Source: a virus
DNA: 64,000 nt
Virus record (IMG/VR): IMGVR_UViG_3300027887_000007
Span: 46,208-110,207 of that record
Strand: one strand, 5' to 3'
Shown: positions 39,101-46,694 of the stretch, piece by piece
How positions within the stretch are numbered: position 1 is the first letter of the stretch
Layout of the letters: every line of letters begins with the position of its first letter
The notes under the pieces: generated by a model
Seen by the model: the letters and a program-made list of their open reading frames with translations, nothing else
Told to the model about the DNA's origin: nothing
Databases searched by the model: none
Made by a program: the position numbers and the translations under genes

Positions 39101-39745
39101 CTCTGCGGTGGACTTGACGTTCCTGCCGTTAACCCAGAGACGAACAGACCCGCCATCACCCCATGAACCGCCGACTTGCGTTGGAACCGTAAGATCGCCA
39201 CAGTCGTAGGCGTCAGTTTCGTAGATACCAGCACAGTTGACGGCGAAGCTGACGTAGTTCTGCCCAGCGTACGCTGGATTCACGTTTAGGCAGTACGACG
39301 TGTATGGGAACGCGCCATTGTTGTAGGTCTTATCGAGGATCTTTCCAAGCCAGATGTCGCTCGTGGTCCTGCGGAAGTAAGTGGCGACCGAGATGCCTTT
39401 AGTTGGCTCGCACCAGTTTCCACGCTCGATCCATGTCGCCTGATCCTCGACGGTCGTTCCGGGGTATGCCCGACCCCCACCACGCTCACCAGTCCAGCGC
39501 GGTACAGCCCTAGCCCCCGCACCTCCGATTGTATTGAGCGGGAGCCTGTTGATGAGGCCAATGCCCTCCCCCGCTCCTTCCGTGAAAAGGAAGACCTCTC
39601 TCAGGCCACGATTTAGCGGGTGATCCCAGTTGACACCAACAGCAGAGTGCGGCTTGAAGGTATAGGCCTGAGGAGCCCGCATCCTGACCGGAACCACCGC
39701 GGTGAGAGGCCAGTAGAACGGCAGCAGGTTTGGCCCGAATCCCAT
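36155..39745 (-). CDS. Fibre/adhesin: three LamG-like domains, two SGYSG tracts and a C-terminal intramolecular chaperone (Peptidase S74-like)
   Basis: Three HPL/V..G...L.EG.G to WxRxLSxxE..L...P.G...PR modules; (SGY/F)n tracts; SSDIRLKREI. Confidence 0.8.
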   Translation of the reverse strand: MGFGPNLLPFYWPLTAVVPVRMRAPQAYTFKPHSAVGVNWDHPLNRGLREVFLFTEGAGEGIGLINRLPLNTIGGAGARAVPRWTGERGGGRAYPGTTVEDQATWIERGNWCEPTKGISVATYFRRTTSDIWLGKILDKTYNNGAFPYTSYCLNVNPAYAGQNYVSFAVNCAGIYETDAYDCGDLTVPTQVGGSWGDGGSVRLWVNGRNVKSTAETAGTIDYDTGGTGRFVIAGNDASAAQLTRTVGANIYWIQIWDRELSSEEWLELYSHPFGTPENPRFVPAQPEVWFAPAQEGPEQNWVFQFGMEGCSGASGYSGYGSSGYSGAAPSGFSGYRGFGDSGFSGYSGISGYSGDTAPSGYSGGSGLSGSSGYSAGGGDSGLTRAFIIPDETLTKPVGSEFQVNREHPVHDGMTLWYPLLEGVGASLKEYCTGMTLFYGIPNAPDTGMNVRWAQTRRGCGIHAVQSTGFGPHTTSMRQLSDVPEGTSMTEFVFYGSVEQNVAIGGFRGAGSLSASYGLVCWTGSLHGLTCDYYSNGGANNHTLDGPDLTMTEFEQRMGFVAFQTWNAAGDVNIYAVGRSANIGTGLGPIYYRNDYDADMFNIAGGKANGVGNYSAPVIQTAIWNRILSIDEMLYLQRHPWGTPDNPRLLPSSPRKWFVSSGSQAVTRKLSIPSEPPTKPVGAGWKANPDHPLNQGLGVWLLLNEGSGNYLHNVAGPEIFVAPAGPDYWSVGARGPQLGGTFSYTNQYYFYTPVHTVRTPIAVDGAYTVSAWVLNLGTTQWNSLFDVLDGPAGGYTNAVVGISTEGYFFGYVTEDHTMVCGGTPCPTNRWVLVTWVVRSASDNGYLDVYVDGKLWDSQTHGSATAFASERAWSYGVGLPRDYGSFEWNECRASDLQFWNRALSADEVWRLYQSYFGSQQDPPRLLPPSPRSWFVTSGGGGGGQASGYSGYSGESGYSGISGYSAVSGYSGYSSYSGYGSAGLGTSGYSGYSGFSGTSGYSSTDSGYSGFPGKSGYCGHSGISGVSGRSGYSSPQSGYSGYSGMSGYCGHSGYSGYSSGSGYSGDSGYSGSGFSGYSGLSGFKKSSDIRLKREIERFTDGIEVVEKINPVFFKYNQLWEPGYDNIDRVGIIAQEVEPVAPRTIWRIENAQLYAEGEPTDVLIFDYAPMVFILVNAVKQMDASLKESVESVIGALNGSR

Positions 39746-40536
39746 CAGACGAACCTCGGAACTGTCGGAGTTCCATAGGGGAAGAGGCTGAATTGCCTGA
39801 CTTCATCGTCGGTCAGGCACCTGTTCCAGAGGCAGAAGTACTCGAAGATTCCGTCCCAGACACTATTATTGGTCTGAGTGCCGATCGCCAATGTTCCGGC
39901 TGGGTAGGCTATCGGGTAAGCAGTGGTGTTGACCGTGTTTATGAATACCCCGTCTTTGTAGAACGACGCAAATCCAGTCGTCGTTATGTTCCGCCACGTA
40001 CCACCGAGCGTCACCCACGGGTTGCCACCACCGGGAATGCTGATGAGAGAGACGGAGCTCAGGTACCACCCGTGGATACCATAGTCTGTGCCACAGTAGG
40101 CAAAGCCCAGCTTCCCAGTATCGCCAGGGACAGTGGTTCCCCTGATACCCCATTCATAGAATCCTAAACCTATTATAGTATCCGGAGACCCGATCAGCAT
40201 CCTCGATCCACTTCCGCTGTGGGTATCCAGTTTAACCTTTGCGATTATGGTGTGGTTTTGCACCCGGAGTGGAGAGTTTGCGTTTGCACTGGACGGGAGT
40301 GCGATGTAATCTCCAGCGCTGCCCGCCTTCAGCTCTAGGAAGTAACCCCACCACGCAGTCCCACCAGGCAGAACGCCTTCTATCCCATACGGCGCAGAGT
40401 GGAGGGTGGATCCCCCACCCTCATTCATCGCCCAGAACGCAACTATGCCATTCGACAGAGGATCTGCCGGATTGAGGGATGGACTGCGGTAGGTAGGCTT
40501 CCGCAGTCCGCCATGAGATTGCAAAGCCCAAGGCAT
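39745..40536 (-). CDS. Single LamG-like domain protein
   Basis: DPLSNGIVAFWAMNEGGG...FYKDG...LAIG...WNRCLTDDEV...PYGTPTVPRF, the same module as in 36155-39745. Confidence 0.75.
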   Translation of the reverse strand: MPWALQSHGGLRKPTYRSPSLNPADPLSNGIVAFWAMNEGGGSTLHSAPYGIEGVLPGGTAWWGYFLELKAGSAGDYIALPSSANANSPLRVQNHTIIAKVKLDTHSGSGSRMLIGSPDTIIGLGFYEWGIRGTTVPGDTGKLGFAYCGTDYGIHGWYLSSVSLISIPGGGNPWVTLGGTWRNITTTGFASFYKDGVFINTVNTTAYPIAYPAGTLAIGTQTNNSVWDGIFEYFCLWNRCLTDDEVRQFSLFPYGTPTVPRFV

Positions 40537-40548
40537 TGCCCACCCCCG

Positions 40549-40992
40549 CTAGGCGGCAGGCGCGTATGTCTTCGGCCTCGCCTTGAGTACCCATCCAGCG
40601 GATAGGTTCTGATTGGTCCCGTTCTCGATGCTGAACTTGCACGTTTGCGAGATCGGCACGTTCGGCAGTGGGTAGGACGCAGATGCGCTCTGACCGCTCG
40701 GGATCACGAATGCCCCGACGAACAGGTACTTGTAGGTTGTTGCCGGGGCCGGCGCGTCCTCCGTCCCTCCGACGATGTCGAAATCTTGGCGATAGAGATT
40801 GACCGTGTAGTTGGCTCCCACGGCGGCGCCGAAGTCGCATGTCAGGACCAGATCAGCCAACGGGTAGTCCGAGGCGTTTGCCACCGCAAGCGAGGTGTCG
40901 TCGGCCGCGACGAATGCGTTTGACGCGGCCGATGCCCCGTTGGCCTCGAGAGTAACAGCTGAAGCGTATGTGTACTTTACCTCGTTTGCCAT
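40549..40992 (-). CDS. Beta-rich virion protein
   Basis: MANEVKYTY... behind GGGGAG; 147 aa. Confidence 0.65.
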   Translation of the reverse strand: MANEVKYTYASAVTLEANGASAASNAFVAADDTSLAVANASDYPLADLVLTCDFGAAVGANYTVNLYRQDFDIVGGTEDAPAPATTYKYLFVGAFVIPSGQSASASYPLPNVPISQTCKFSIENGTNQNLSAGWVLKARPKTYAPAA

Positions 40993-41000
40993 TTCTCCCC

Positions 41001-41297
41001 CTAGACAGCGAACGTGTTGACCGCGTTGGTGACGGCAGTGATGATCTGTCCGTCGGTACAACCAGTCGGATTGGCGAGTACGTTCGCATCGGCGATGACG
41101 GCCCACATGATCTTGTCCGTTGCGGATTCCGTATTGATCAGAGCATCCTTCGCCCATGTGAGCCGGGCAGCGTGATTTGCGGTCCCCGGATCCTCCGCGA
41201 GGATGTCGATCGAACACTTCGCTACCGCCGCGATCGTCCGACTCCGAAGCGTCTGGTTGGTGACTTTCGTGTTGTAGGCCTCAAGCAGCGTTGCCAT
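41001..41297 (-). CDS. Small helical fibre-associated protein
   Basis: 98 aa; EDPGTANHAARLTWA...TDGQIITAV. Confidence 0.65.
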   Translation of the reverse strand: MATLLEAYNTKVTNQTLRSRTIAAVAKCSIDILAEDPGTANHAARLTWAKDALINTESATDKIMWAVIADANVLANPTGCTDGQIITAVTNAVNTFAV

Positions 41298-41964
41298 TTT
41301 GTTTCTCCTCTAGCGCCTCATCTCTGAGGGCGTCTTTGTAAGTGTAGTCGTATGACCCGACGTGGATCATGAGCTTAGACAGATCGTGATCCACGTAGAG
41401 CTTGAAACCGGAGTCCATGGCTCGTTGAGAAAAGTAGTAGTCCTGATAGACGTACCGCCGATTCTGCTCGCTGTACCCCATGAGGAACCACGGGTGAGCC
41501 ATCTTCTCGTACACCTCCCGGGCCACCAGCGTTAACCCCTGCGGGAGCAACTTGACCTCCTCAAGCCCGGTTGACGTCTCCTTCGTGATAATCCTTTTGT
41601 CCTTCCCGGCCGCGGTGAACCTCTGACGCTTTCCTTTGTTGGTCGAGTAGTTCGCCCCAACGATCGGAAGCCGATGCCGGGCGAGACGGTGTATGGCGTC
41701 TGGAGGGAACCCCATGTCATCCTCGACGCTGCAAAAGTGCGTCCACCTCACCTGCTTGTCCTCCAAGTACTTTTCGACCAGGCGCTCGTAGTTCTCCGCA
41801 ATCCCGCTTCCTTCTGTCCCGTCGGGGACGAAGTACTGGGTGTCGCAATCCTCAAACACCCTAACGTGCGAGAAGTACATCGCCATTCTGGCGAGGCACA
41901 TCGCATACTTCAGCCGGCACAGACCAGTCGACGGCGTCAAAACGGCAACGGCGAAATCTCCCAT
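41281..41964 (-). CDS. GT-A fold (GT2-like) glycosyltransferase
   Basis: THFCSVEDDMGFP, IVGANY, GLTLVAREVYE..PWF, QDYYF...GFKLYVDHDLS..HVG; similar to 23479-24120. Confidence 0.75.
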   Translation of the reverse strand: MGDFAVAVLTPSTGLCRLKYAMCLARMAMYFSHVRVFEDCDTQYFVPDGTEGSGIAENYERLVEKYLEDKQVRWTHFCSVEDDMGFPPDAIHRLARHRLPIVGANYSTNKGKRQRFTAAGKDKRIITKETSTGLEEVKLLPQGLTLVAREVYEKMAHPWFLMGYSEQNRRYVYQDYYFSQRAMDSGFKLYVDHDLSKLMIHVGSYDYTYKDALRDEALEEKQNGNAA

Positions 41965-41972
41965 ATTCCACC

Positions 41973-42995
41973 TCAAAGCTGAGCGATCGAAGCGAGGAAC
42001 CGTTCTTTGTCTCCCGTAGACTCGAACTCCTCGGATAGACGCTTCAGCTCGAGTATCTTACCGTTCAACTCCTTGATAGCGTTAGTGAGAAGAAAGACCA
42101 GTGGCGCTACGTCGAACAGGATGATCTCGGTCTCCTCGCCCTCTTCGATAAGCTTGCCGGTGACCTTCCGGATGGTGTACGGAGCTAGAGCCTCGATCTC
42201 CTGACCGACGATCCCAACTTGGAGTACGTCGTCGTTCTTGGTCTCCCACAGGCCGTTCCACTTGAACGTGATCGGGTTGATCTTCCTCAGAACCTCTAGG
42301 CCGTCCTTGAATGCGCGGATGTCGCGCTTGAGTCGAATATCGGACGATGCCCCCGAGTATCCCGATCGGCCCGAATAGCCAGAAACTCCTGAAAATCCGC
42401 TTCGGCCCGAATAGCCAGAATAGCCTGAAGTCCCGCAGTACCCCGAAACTCCCGAATAGCCCGAGTAGCCTGAGCTGGAGTATCCCGAGATGCCAGAGTA
42501 TCCCGAGTAGCCTGAGCTGGAGTAACCCGACACCCCGCTGTACCCAGAAAAGCCTGACGTCCCGCAATAGCCGCTGACGCCTGAGAATCCGCTGTAGCCC
42601 GAGCTGGAGTAGCCACTTGTCCCCGAGAAACCAGATCCGCCACTACCGCCCGAGTACCCACTTTCGCCCGAGAAGCCGCTGACCCCGCTAAACCCCGAAA
42701 CCGCCGAGTACCCCGAGATCCCCGAATAACCCGAAGTTCCAGAAAATCCAGAAGTGGCCGCACCTGAGATCCCAGAGTACCCCGAGTATCCTGACGGACC
42801 AGAGTAGCCACTGTCGGTCGAACCCGGTCCGCTATAGCCTGATGGGCCACTGTAGCCGGAATCGCCCCCGCCGCCAGAGTAGCCCGAAATCCCTGAGTAG
42901 CCAGATGTCGACGAGTAGCCCGAATAGCCTGAAACCCCGGAGTACCCGGAGATCCCAGAATAACCACTCATCGACGCAATCTTGTCCCAGCCCAT
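41973..42995 (-). CDS. SGYSG collagen-like fibre protein with a C-terminal S74-like chaperone
   Basis: About 205 aa of (Gly-X-Ser)n followed by SSDIRLKRDI...GIVGQEIE. Confidence 0.85.
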   Translation of the reverse strand: MGWDKIASMSGYSGISGYSGVSGYSGYSSTSGYSGISGYSGGGGDSGYSGPSGYSGPGSTDSGYSGPSGYSGYSGISGAATSGFSGTSGYSGISGYSAVSGFSGVSGFSGESGYSGGSGGSGFSGTSGYSSSGYSGFSGVSGYCGTSGFSGYSGVSGYSSSGYSGYSGISGYSSSGYSGYSGVSGYCGTSGYSGYSGRSGFSGVSGYSGRSGYSGASSDIRLKRDIRAFKDGLEVLRKINPITFKWNGLWETKNDDVLQVGIVGQEIEALAPYTIRKVTGKLIEEGEETEIILFDVAPLVFLLTNAIKELNGKILELKRLSEEFESTGDKERFLASIAQL

Positions 42996-42996
42996 A

Positions 42997-43473
42997 TCAA
43001 CTCAGAAGGTAGACGTCACAGGTGTCAGTGTCTAGGTACAGGTCTCCAGCGACGGCGCCTGGGATCGACCCCGGAGCTCCAGATCCGGTGAACCACTGCG
43101 TTCCCCGAGCGCCCGAGTAGGCGCTGATCCCAGAGTACCCACTGTAGCCCGAGGTCCCCGGACTGGAGTAACCAGAAATCCCACTGTAGCCCGAGGGCGA
43201 GGAGTAGCCTGAGATTCCCGAATAGCCCGACGTCCCAGAGTATCCCGACGATGACGAGTACCCAGAAATCCCTGAGAATCCAGACAGGCTAGAGTATCCC
43301 GAAATCCCCGAATACCCAGAAGGCGACGAATAGCCACTAATTCCCGAGTAGCCCGAACTGGACGAGTATCCGCTGATCCCCGAATAGCCCGATACGCCGG
43401 AGTAGCCGGAGTAACCCGATCGGCCCGAGTAGCCTGAGTATCCGCTGATGTTGCTCTGCTTTGTCCAGCTCAT
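42997..43473 (-). CDS. SGYSG collagen-like fibre protein (short)
   Basis: MSWTKQSNI-(SGx)n-RGTQWFTGSGAP...GDLYLDTDTCDVYLLS. Confidence 0.85.
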   Translation of the reverse strand: MSWTKQSNISGYSGYSGRSGYSGYSGVSGYSGISGYSSSSGYSGISGYSSPSGYSGISGYSSLSGFSGISGYSSSSGYSGTSGYSGISGYSSPSGYSGISGYSSPGTSGYSGYSGISAYSGARGTQWFTGSGAPGSIPGAVAGDLYLDTDTCDVYLLS

Positions 43474-46145
43474 GCGTACTGGCCTCCGGTCGCTGACGTT
43501 CCAGACGAGTCTCCTGGGAAGTAGTTAGCGCCGCCGCCGTTTGTGTTGATCACGCCGTTCAGGGTTACTTGGTACCGGGAACCGGTTGCTGACCCGCTGT
43601 AGGTTGATGATGTGTCCTGAACCACTCCGGCCAAAGATGCGTATGCAAAGGCCGTAAACGCTGGAGTCCCAGTAATCGTCACTGTGTGGGCGGAAGTCTT
43701 GTTCACCCTGCCCTGGCTTGTTGCTACATGGGAGGTCGCACCGCCGCTGATTGCGTAGCTTCCTACGCAAGAGATTATCCCGTTGAATCCAGCATCGAGG
43801 TGGTAGACGGAGCAAGCGCCGAAATCGATGTTCTGGAACTTTATTGATGCAGCTTGAGCCCTTAAACCACCAAGCCCACCAGAGTTCGTGATCTTGAGAT
43901 CCTTGATGAACACAGGATTTACGGTTGGGCAACCAACAACCGCTATGTTGTACGCAGCCGTTGTGTTGATCACGACGTTTGCTGGCGTTGAGGCGTTCCC
44001 CTGAACCGTTAGAGTGGCAGTTCCAAGCCCATGAAGCAGGCCGATCTGCATCCCAGCCGTGTAGGTTCCATCTCCGATTTGTACTGTGACGTTATACCCG
44101 GCGATGTCCAGCTGCATGATCGAGTCAGCAGCCTTCTGCAGAGTGAGGAACGCACCACCGGCCGAGTCTGTCAGCCCATCGTTGCTGTCGTTCCCATCGG
44201 CGCGGACGTAGTAGGTCCGGTCTGCCGTTAGCCTAGTCCTGACGTTCAGCGGGTTGCTCGCCCCGGCCCCCTGCTGGTAAACGTCTCCAGTGTTGAGATC
44301 GAGGTAGAGGTCCCCTGTGGCCTCGCCACTAATCGTGCCTGGCGCTCCATCCCCCGTGTACCAGAATGACCCCCGGACTCCGGATCCTCCCGAGTAGGCG
44401 CTGATCCCAGAATATCCAGATGGGCCGCTGTAGCCAGATGGGCCCGAGTAGCCTGAAAATCCCGAAACTCCCGAATACCCCGAAATCCCCGAGTAGCCCG
44501 ATCGCCCGGAATACCCCGAGTAGCCTGAGTCGGAACTGTAGCCGGAAATGCCCGAGTAGCCAGATCGTCCCGAATAGCCCGAGTAGCCCGAATCTGAGCT
44601 GTAGCCAGATCTTCCCGAGTAGCCAGAATATCCCGAGTCAGAACTGTAGCCGGAGATTCCCGAGTACCCCGACCGGCCAGAATAGCCCGAGTAGCCGCTG
44701 TCGGAAGAGTACCCAGAAATCCCGCTGTAGCCGGAAATTCCCGAGTAAGCCGAAATCCCTGAGTAGCCTGATCGCCCAGAATAGCCCGAGTAGCCTGAAT
44801 CTGAACTGTAGCCCGAAATCCCTGAGTAGCCCGACGTGCCAGAATATCCGGAGGGCGACGAATAGCCGGAGATCCCAGAGTACCCAGAATCAGACGAGTA
44901 GCCTGAGATGCCGCTGAACCCGGAAATCCCAGAAAATCCTGAGTAGCCCGACCGGCCCGAATACCCACTGTAGCCCGAGGCTCCTTTGGCTCCCTGCATG
45001 GCGAACACAAGCATGTCCGCCTTGTTTAGGCCCGGAGTGGCCGCTCCGGACGCCCTGCGGAATCTCAGCTTGACCGTGTAGGTCCCTGCCGGGAGCTCGG
45101 CAGTCCTGTGGGTGATCGCCCCGATTCCGTAGTCGTTCGTTCCGGAGAGGTACCGCTGGTACTCGTCGTAGTCTACCCCGTCGATCTGTATTGCGATCCC
45201 GATGGTAGATGGAGCGCCGCCGCTCTGCGTCCCGATCTCGAAACTTGCCAGCGCGGCAATCTCGACCGCCTCTTCGGTCGTGATTGTCGTCGACATCCCG
45301 CTGACGTCCTCTAGCGTAGCGGACGTAGTGCCAACGGGACTGTCCAGCTCGACGTAAGAACTCGGGAGTTTTCCAGCAACGGCATCCGCGCCGGGAAGCC
45401 CTGAGTAGCCCGAGATCCCAGAGTAGGCGCTAATGCCTGAAAACCCCGAAACGGACGAGTAACCCGAGAGTCCCGAGTAACCCGAGTATCCACTGTCTCC
45501 CGGCCCCGAAAACCCTGAGTACCCAGACTGCCCAGCTCCCGAGTATCCAGAGTACCCTGAAAACCCGGATCCGCCCCCGGGGTCTCCCTTTTCTCCGGAG
45601 TAACCAGAGTATCCCGACGTTCCGGGGCTGGAGTACCCAGAGAATCCAGACTCCCCGCCGGCCGGGCCGGAAAAGCCACTGTAACCGGATGTGCCGGGGC
45701 TGGAGAAACCAGAAGTTCCGCTGTATCCGGAGTAACCCGATGTGCCGGGGCTTGAGTAGCCAGAGAATCCCGAGACCGAGATTCCCGAGTACCCTGAGAT
45801 GCCCGAGTCTCCGCTATAGCCAGAAGTGCCGGGGCTTGAGTACCCAGAAGGGCCGCTGTAACCCGATGGGCCTGAGTATCCGGAGGTCGATTCTCCCGAG
45901 TACCCGGATGGGCCGGAGTAGCCAGAGGTCGAGACCCCCGAGTATCCGGAGTAACCAGAAATGCCGTAACCGGAGTACCCGGAGGTCCCGAAAGTGTACG
46001 GAAGGGCGTTCCAGTTCTGAATGCCGTCGCCGAGCTTGATCTTGCCAGTGTCAAGCTCAACACCAACTTCGCCTTCAGCCAGAAGTGGATTCGCTGCGGT
46101 CCACTCTGCTGCGAGGCCGCGGCGAAGCTGGATGTGGACAGCCAT
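43470..46145 (-). CDS. SGYSG collagen-like fibre protein with an Mtd_N-like N-terminus and a C-terminal beta-helix-like domain
   Basis: IQLRRG.AAEWTAANPLLAEGEVGVELDTGKIKLGDG..WNALPY; two SGx tracts; RTYYVRADGNDSNDGL...AFLTLQKA...IGDGTY. Confidence 0.85.
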   Translation of the reverse strand: MAVHIQLRRGLAAEWTAANPLLAEGEVGVELDTGKIKLGDGIQNWNALPYTFGTSGYSGYGISGYSGYSGVSTSGYSGPSGYSGESTSGYSGPSGYSGPSGYSSPGTSGYSGDSGISGYSGISVSGFSGYSSPGTSGYSGYSGTSGFSSPGTSGYSGFSGPAGGESGFSGYSSPGTSGYSGYSGEKGDPGGGSGFSGYSGYSGAGQSGYSGFSGPGDSGYSGYSGLSGYSSVSGFSGISAYSGISGYSGLPGADAVAGKLPSSYVELDSPVGTTSATLEDVSGMSTTITTEEAVEIAALASFEIGTQSGGAPSTIGIAIQIDGVDYDEYQRYLSGTNDYGIGAITHRTAELPAGTYTVKLRFRRASGAATPGLNKADMLVFAMQGAKGASGYSGYSGRSGYSGFSGISGFSGISGYSSDSGYSGISGYSSPSGYSGTSGYSGISGYSSDSGYSGYSGRSGYSGISAYSGISGYSGISGYSSDSGYSGYSGRSGYSGISGYSSDSGYSGYSGRSGYSSDSGYSGYSGRSGYSGISGYSSDSGYSGYSGRSGYSGISGYSGVSGFSGYSGPSGYSGPSGYSGISAYSGGSGVRGSFWYTGDGAPGTISGEATGDLYLDLNTGDVYQQGAGASNPLNVRTRLTADRTYYVRADGNDSNDGLTDSAGGAFLTLQKAADSIMQLDIAGYNVTVQIGDGTYTAGMQIGLLHGLGTATLTVQGNASTPANVVINTTAAYNIAVVGCPTVNPVFIKDLKITNSGGLGGLRAQAASIKFQNIDFGACSVYHLDAGFNGIISCVGSYAISGGATSHVATSQGRVNKTSAHTVTITGTPAFTAFAYASLAGVVQDTSSTYSGSATGSRYQVTLNGVINTNGGGANYFPGDSSGTSATGGQYA

Positions 46146-46279
46146 TACACGCCCCCACCATCAATCGGGTCGATTCCGCCGTAGACGGAGGTTGGAGTAC
46201 CGCCGTCGACGTCTCCAAAGTTCTCAGACGTCCCCTCGCCGCCGCCGCCACCGATGATGATGCAGCTCTCTATCTCCAT
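46145..46279 (-). CDS. Small DGG-motif protein (44 aa, not in the ORF track)
   Basis: MEIESCIIIGGGGGEGTSENFGDVDGGTPTSVYGGIDPIDGGGV*; TAATG overlap with the fibre gene. Confidence 0.6.
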   Translation of the reverse strand: MEIESCIIIGGGGGEGTSENFGDVDGGTPTSVYGGIDPIDGGGV

Positions 46280-46281
46280 CG

Positions 46282-46686
46282 TCAGAGCGCCTGTCCGTGC
46301 GGCCCGACTAGGCCACCGGGACTATCGGGTTTGACCATTGGAGGAATCAGGTCAATCGGCTTTGCGACTTCGATTTCCCGATAGCACCGGTTACACTTGA
46401 ATGAAACCTGTCCGTCCGTCGTTGCCCCCTTTACGTCGTACATCGACCGCTTGTTGCGGGCTCCGCAGCCGGGACACTCAAAGACGACGTAGTCGGTCCC
46501 GGGTACGCGCTGGTTACTCCGGAGGTACCGCTTGATCGACTTTTTCAGCCTCAATCCTAGCTTTACGGCTTCCTTTGCGAGCTCGCCATCCGGATCAGGA
46601 AGTGGCTCTCGAACGGTCTTTGTCTTATGTCCTCCACCCTTGTTCACTACCTTGACGGCGGTAGTTCTCAGAATAACTCCCGGCAT
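46282..46686 (-). CDS. Zinc-ribbon protein
   Basis: FECPGCG...FKCNRC; likely start MPGVIL at 46686. Confidence 0.65.
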   Translation of the reverse strand: MPGVILRTTAVKVVNKGGGHKTKTVREPLPDPDGELAKEAVKLGLRLKKSIKRYLRSNQRVPGTDYVVFECPGCGARNKRSMYDVKGATTDGQVSFKCNRCYREIEVAKPIDLIPPMVKPDSPGGLVGPHGQAL

Positions 46687-46694
46687 GTTTCCCC

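Noticed and set aside
42296-46066. Long alternative-frame ORFs rich in RAT/DTL over the repeats
   Set aside because: Stop-poor by-products of the SGx codons.
43470-46145. Mtd_N-like domain suggesting a diversity-generating retroelement
   Set aside because: No reverse transcriptase and no TR/VR pair differing at adenines was seen in the window.
41973-46145. SGYSG tracts as ice-nucleation protein repeats
   Set aside because: Period is 3/6 with Gly at every third residue, not the 8/16-residue AGYGSTxT pattern. A polyglycine-II bundle remains an alternative to a triple helix.
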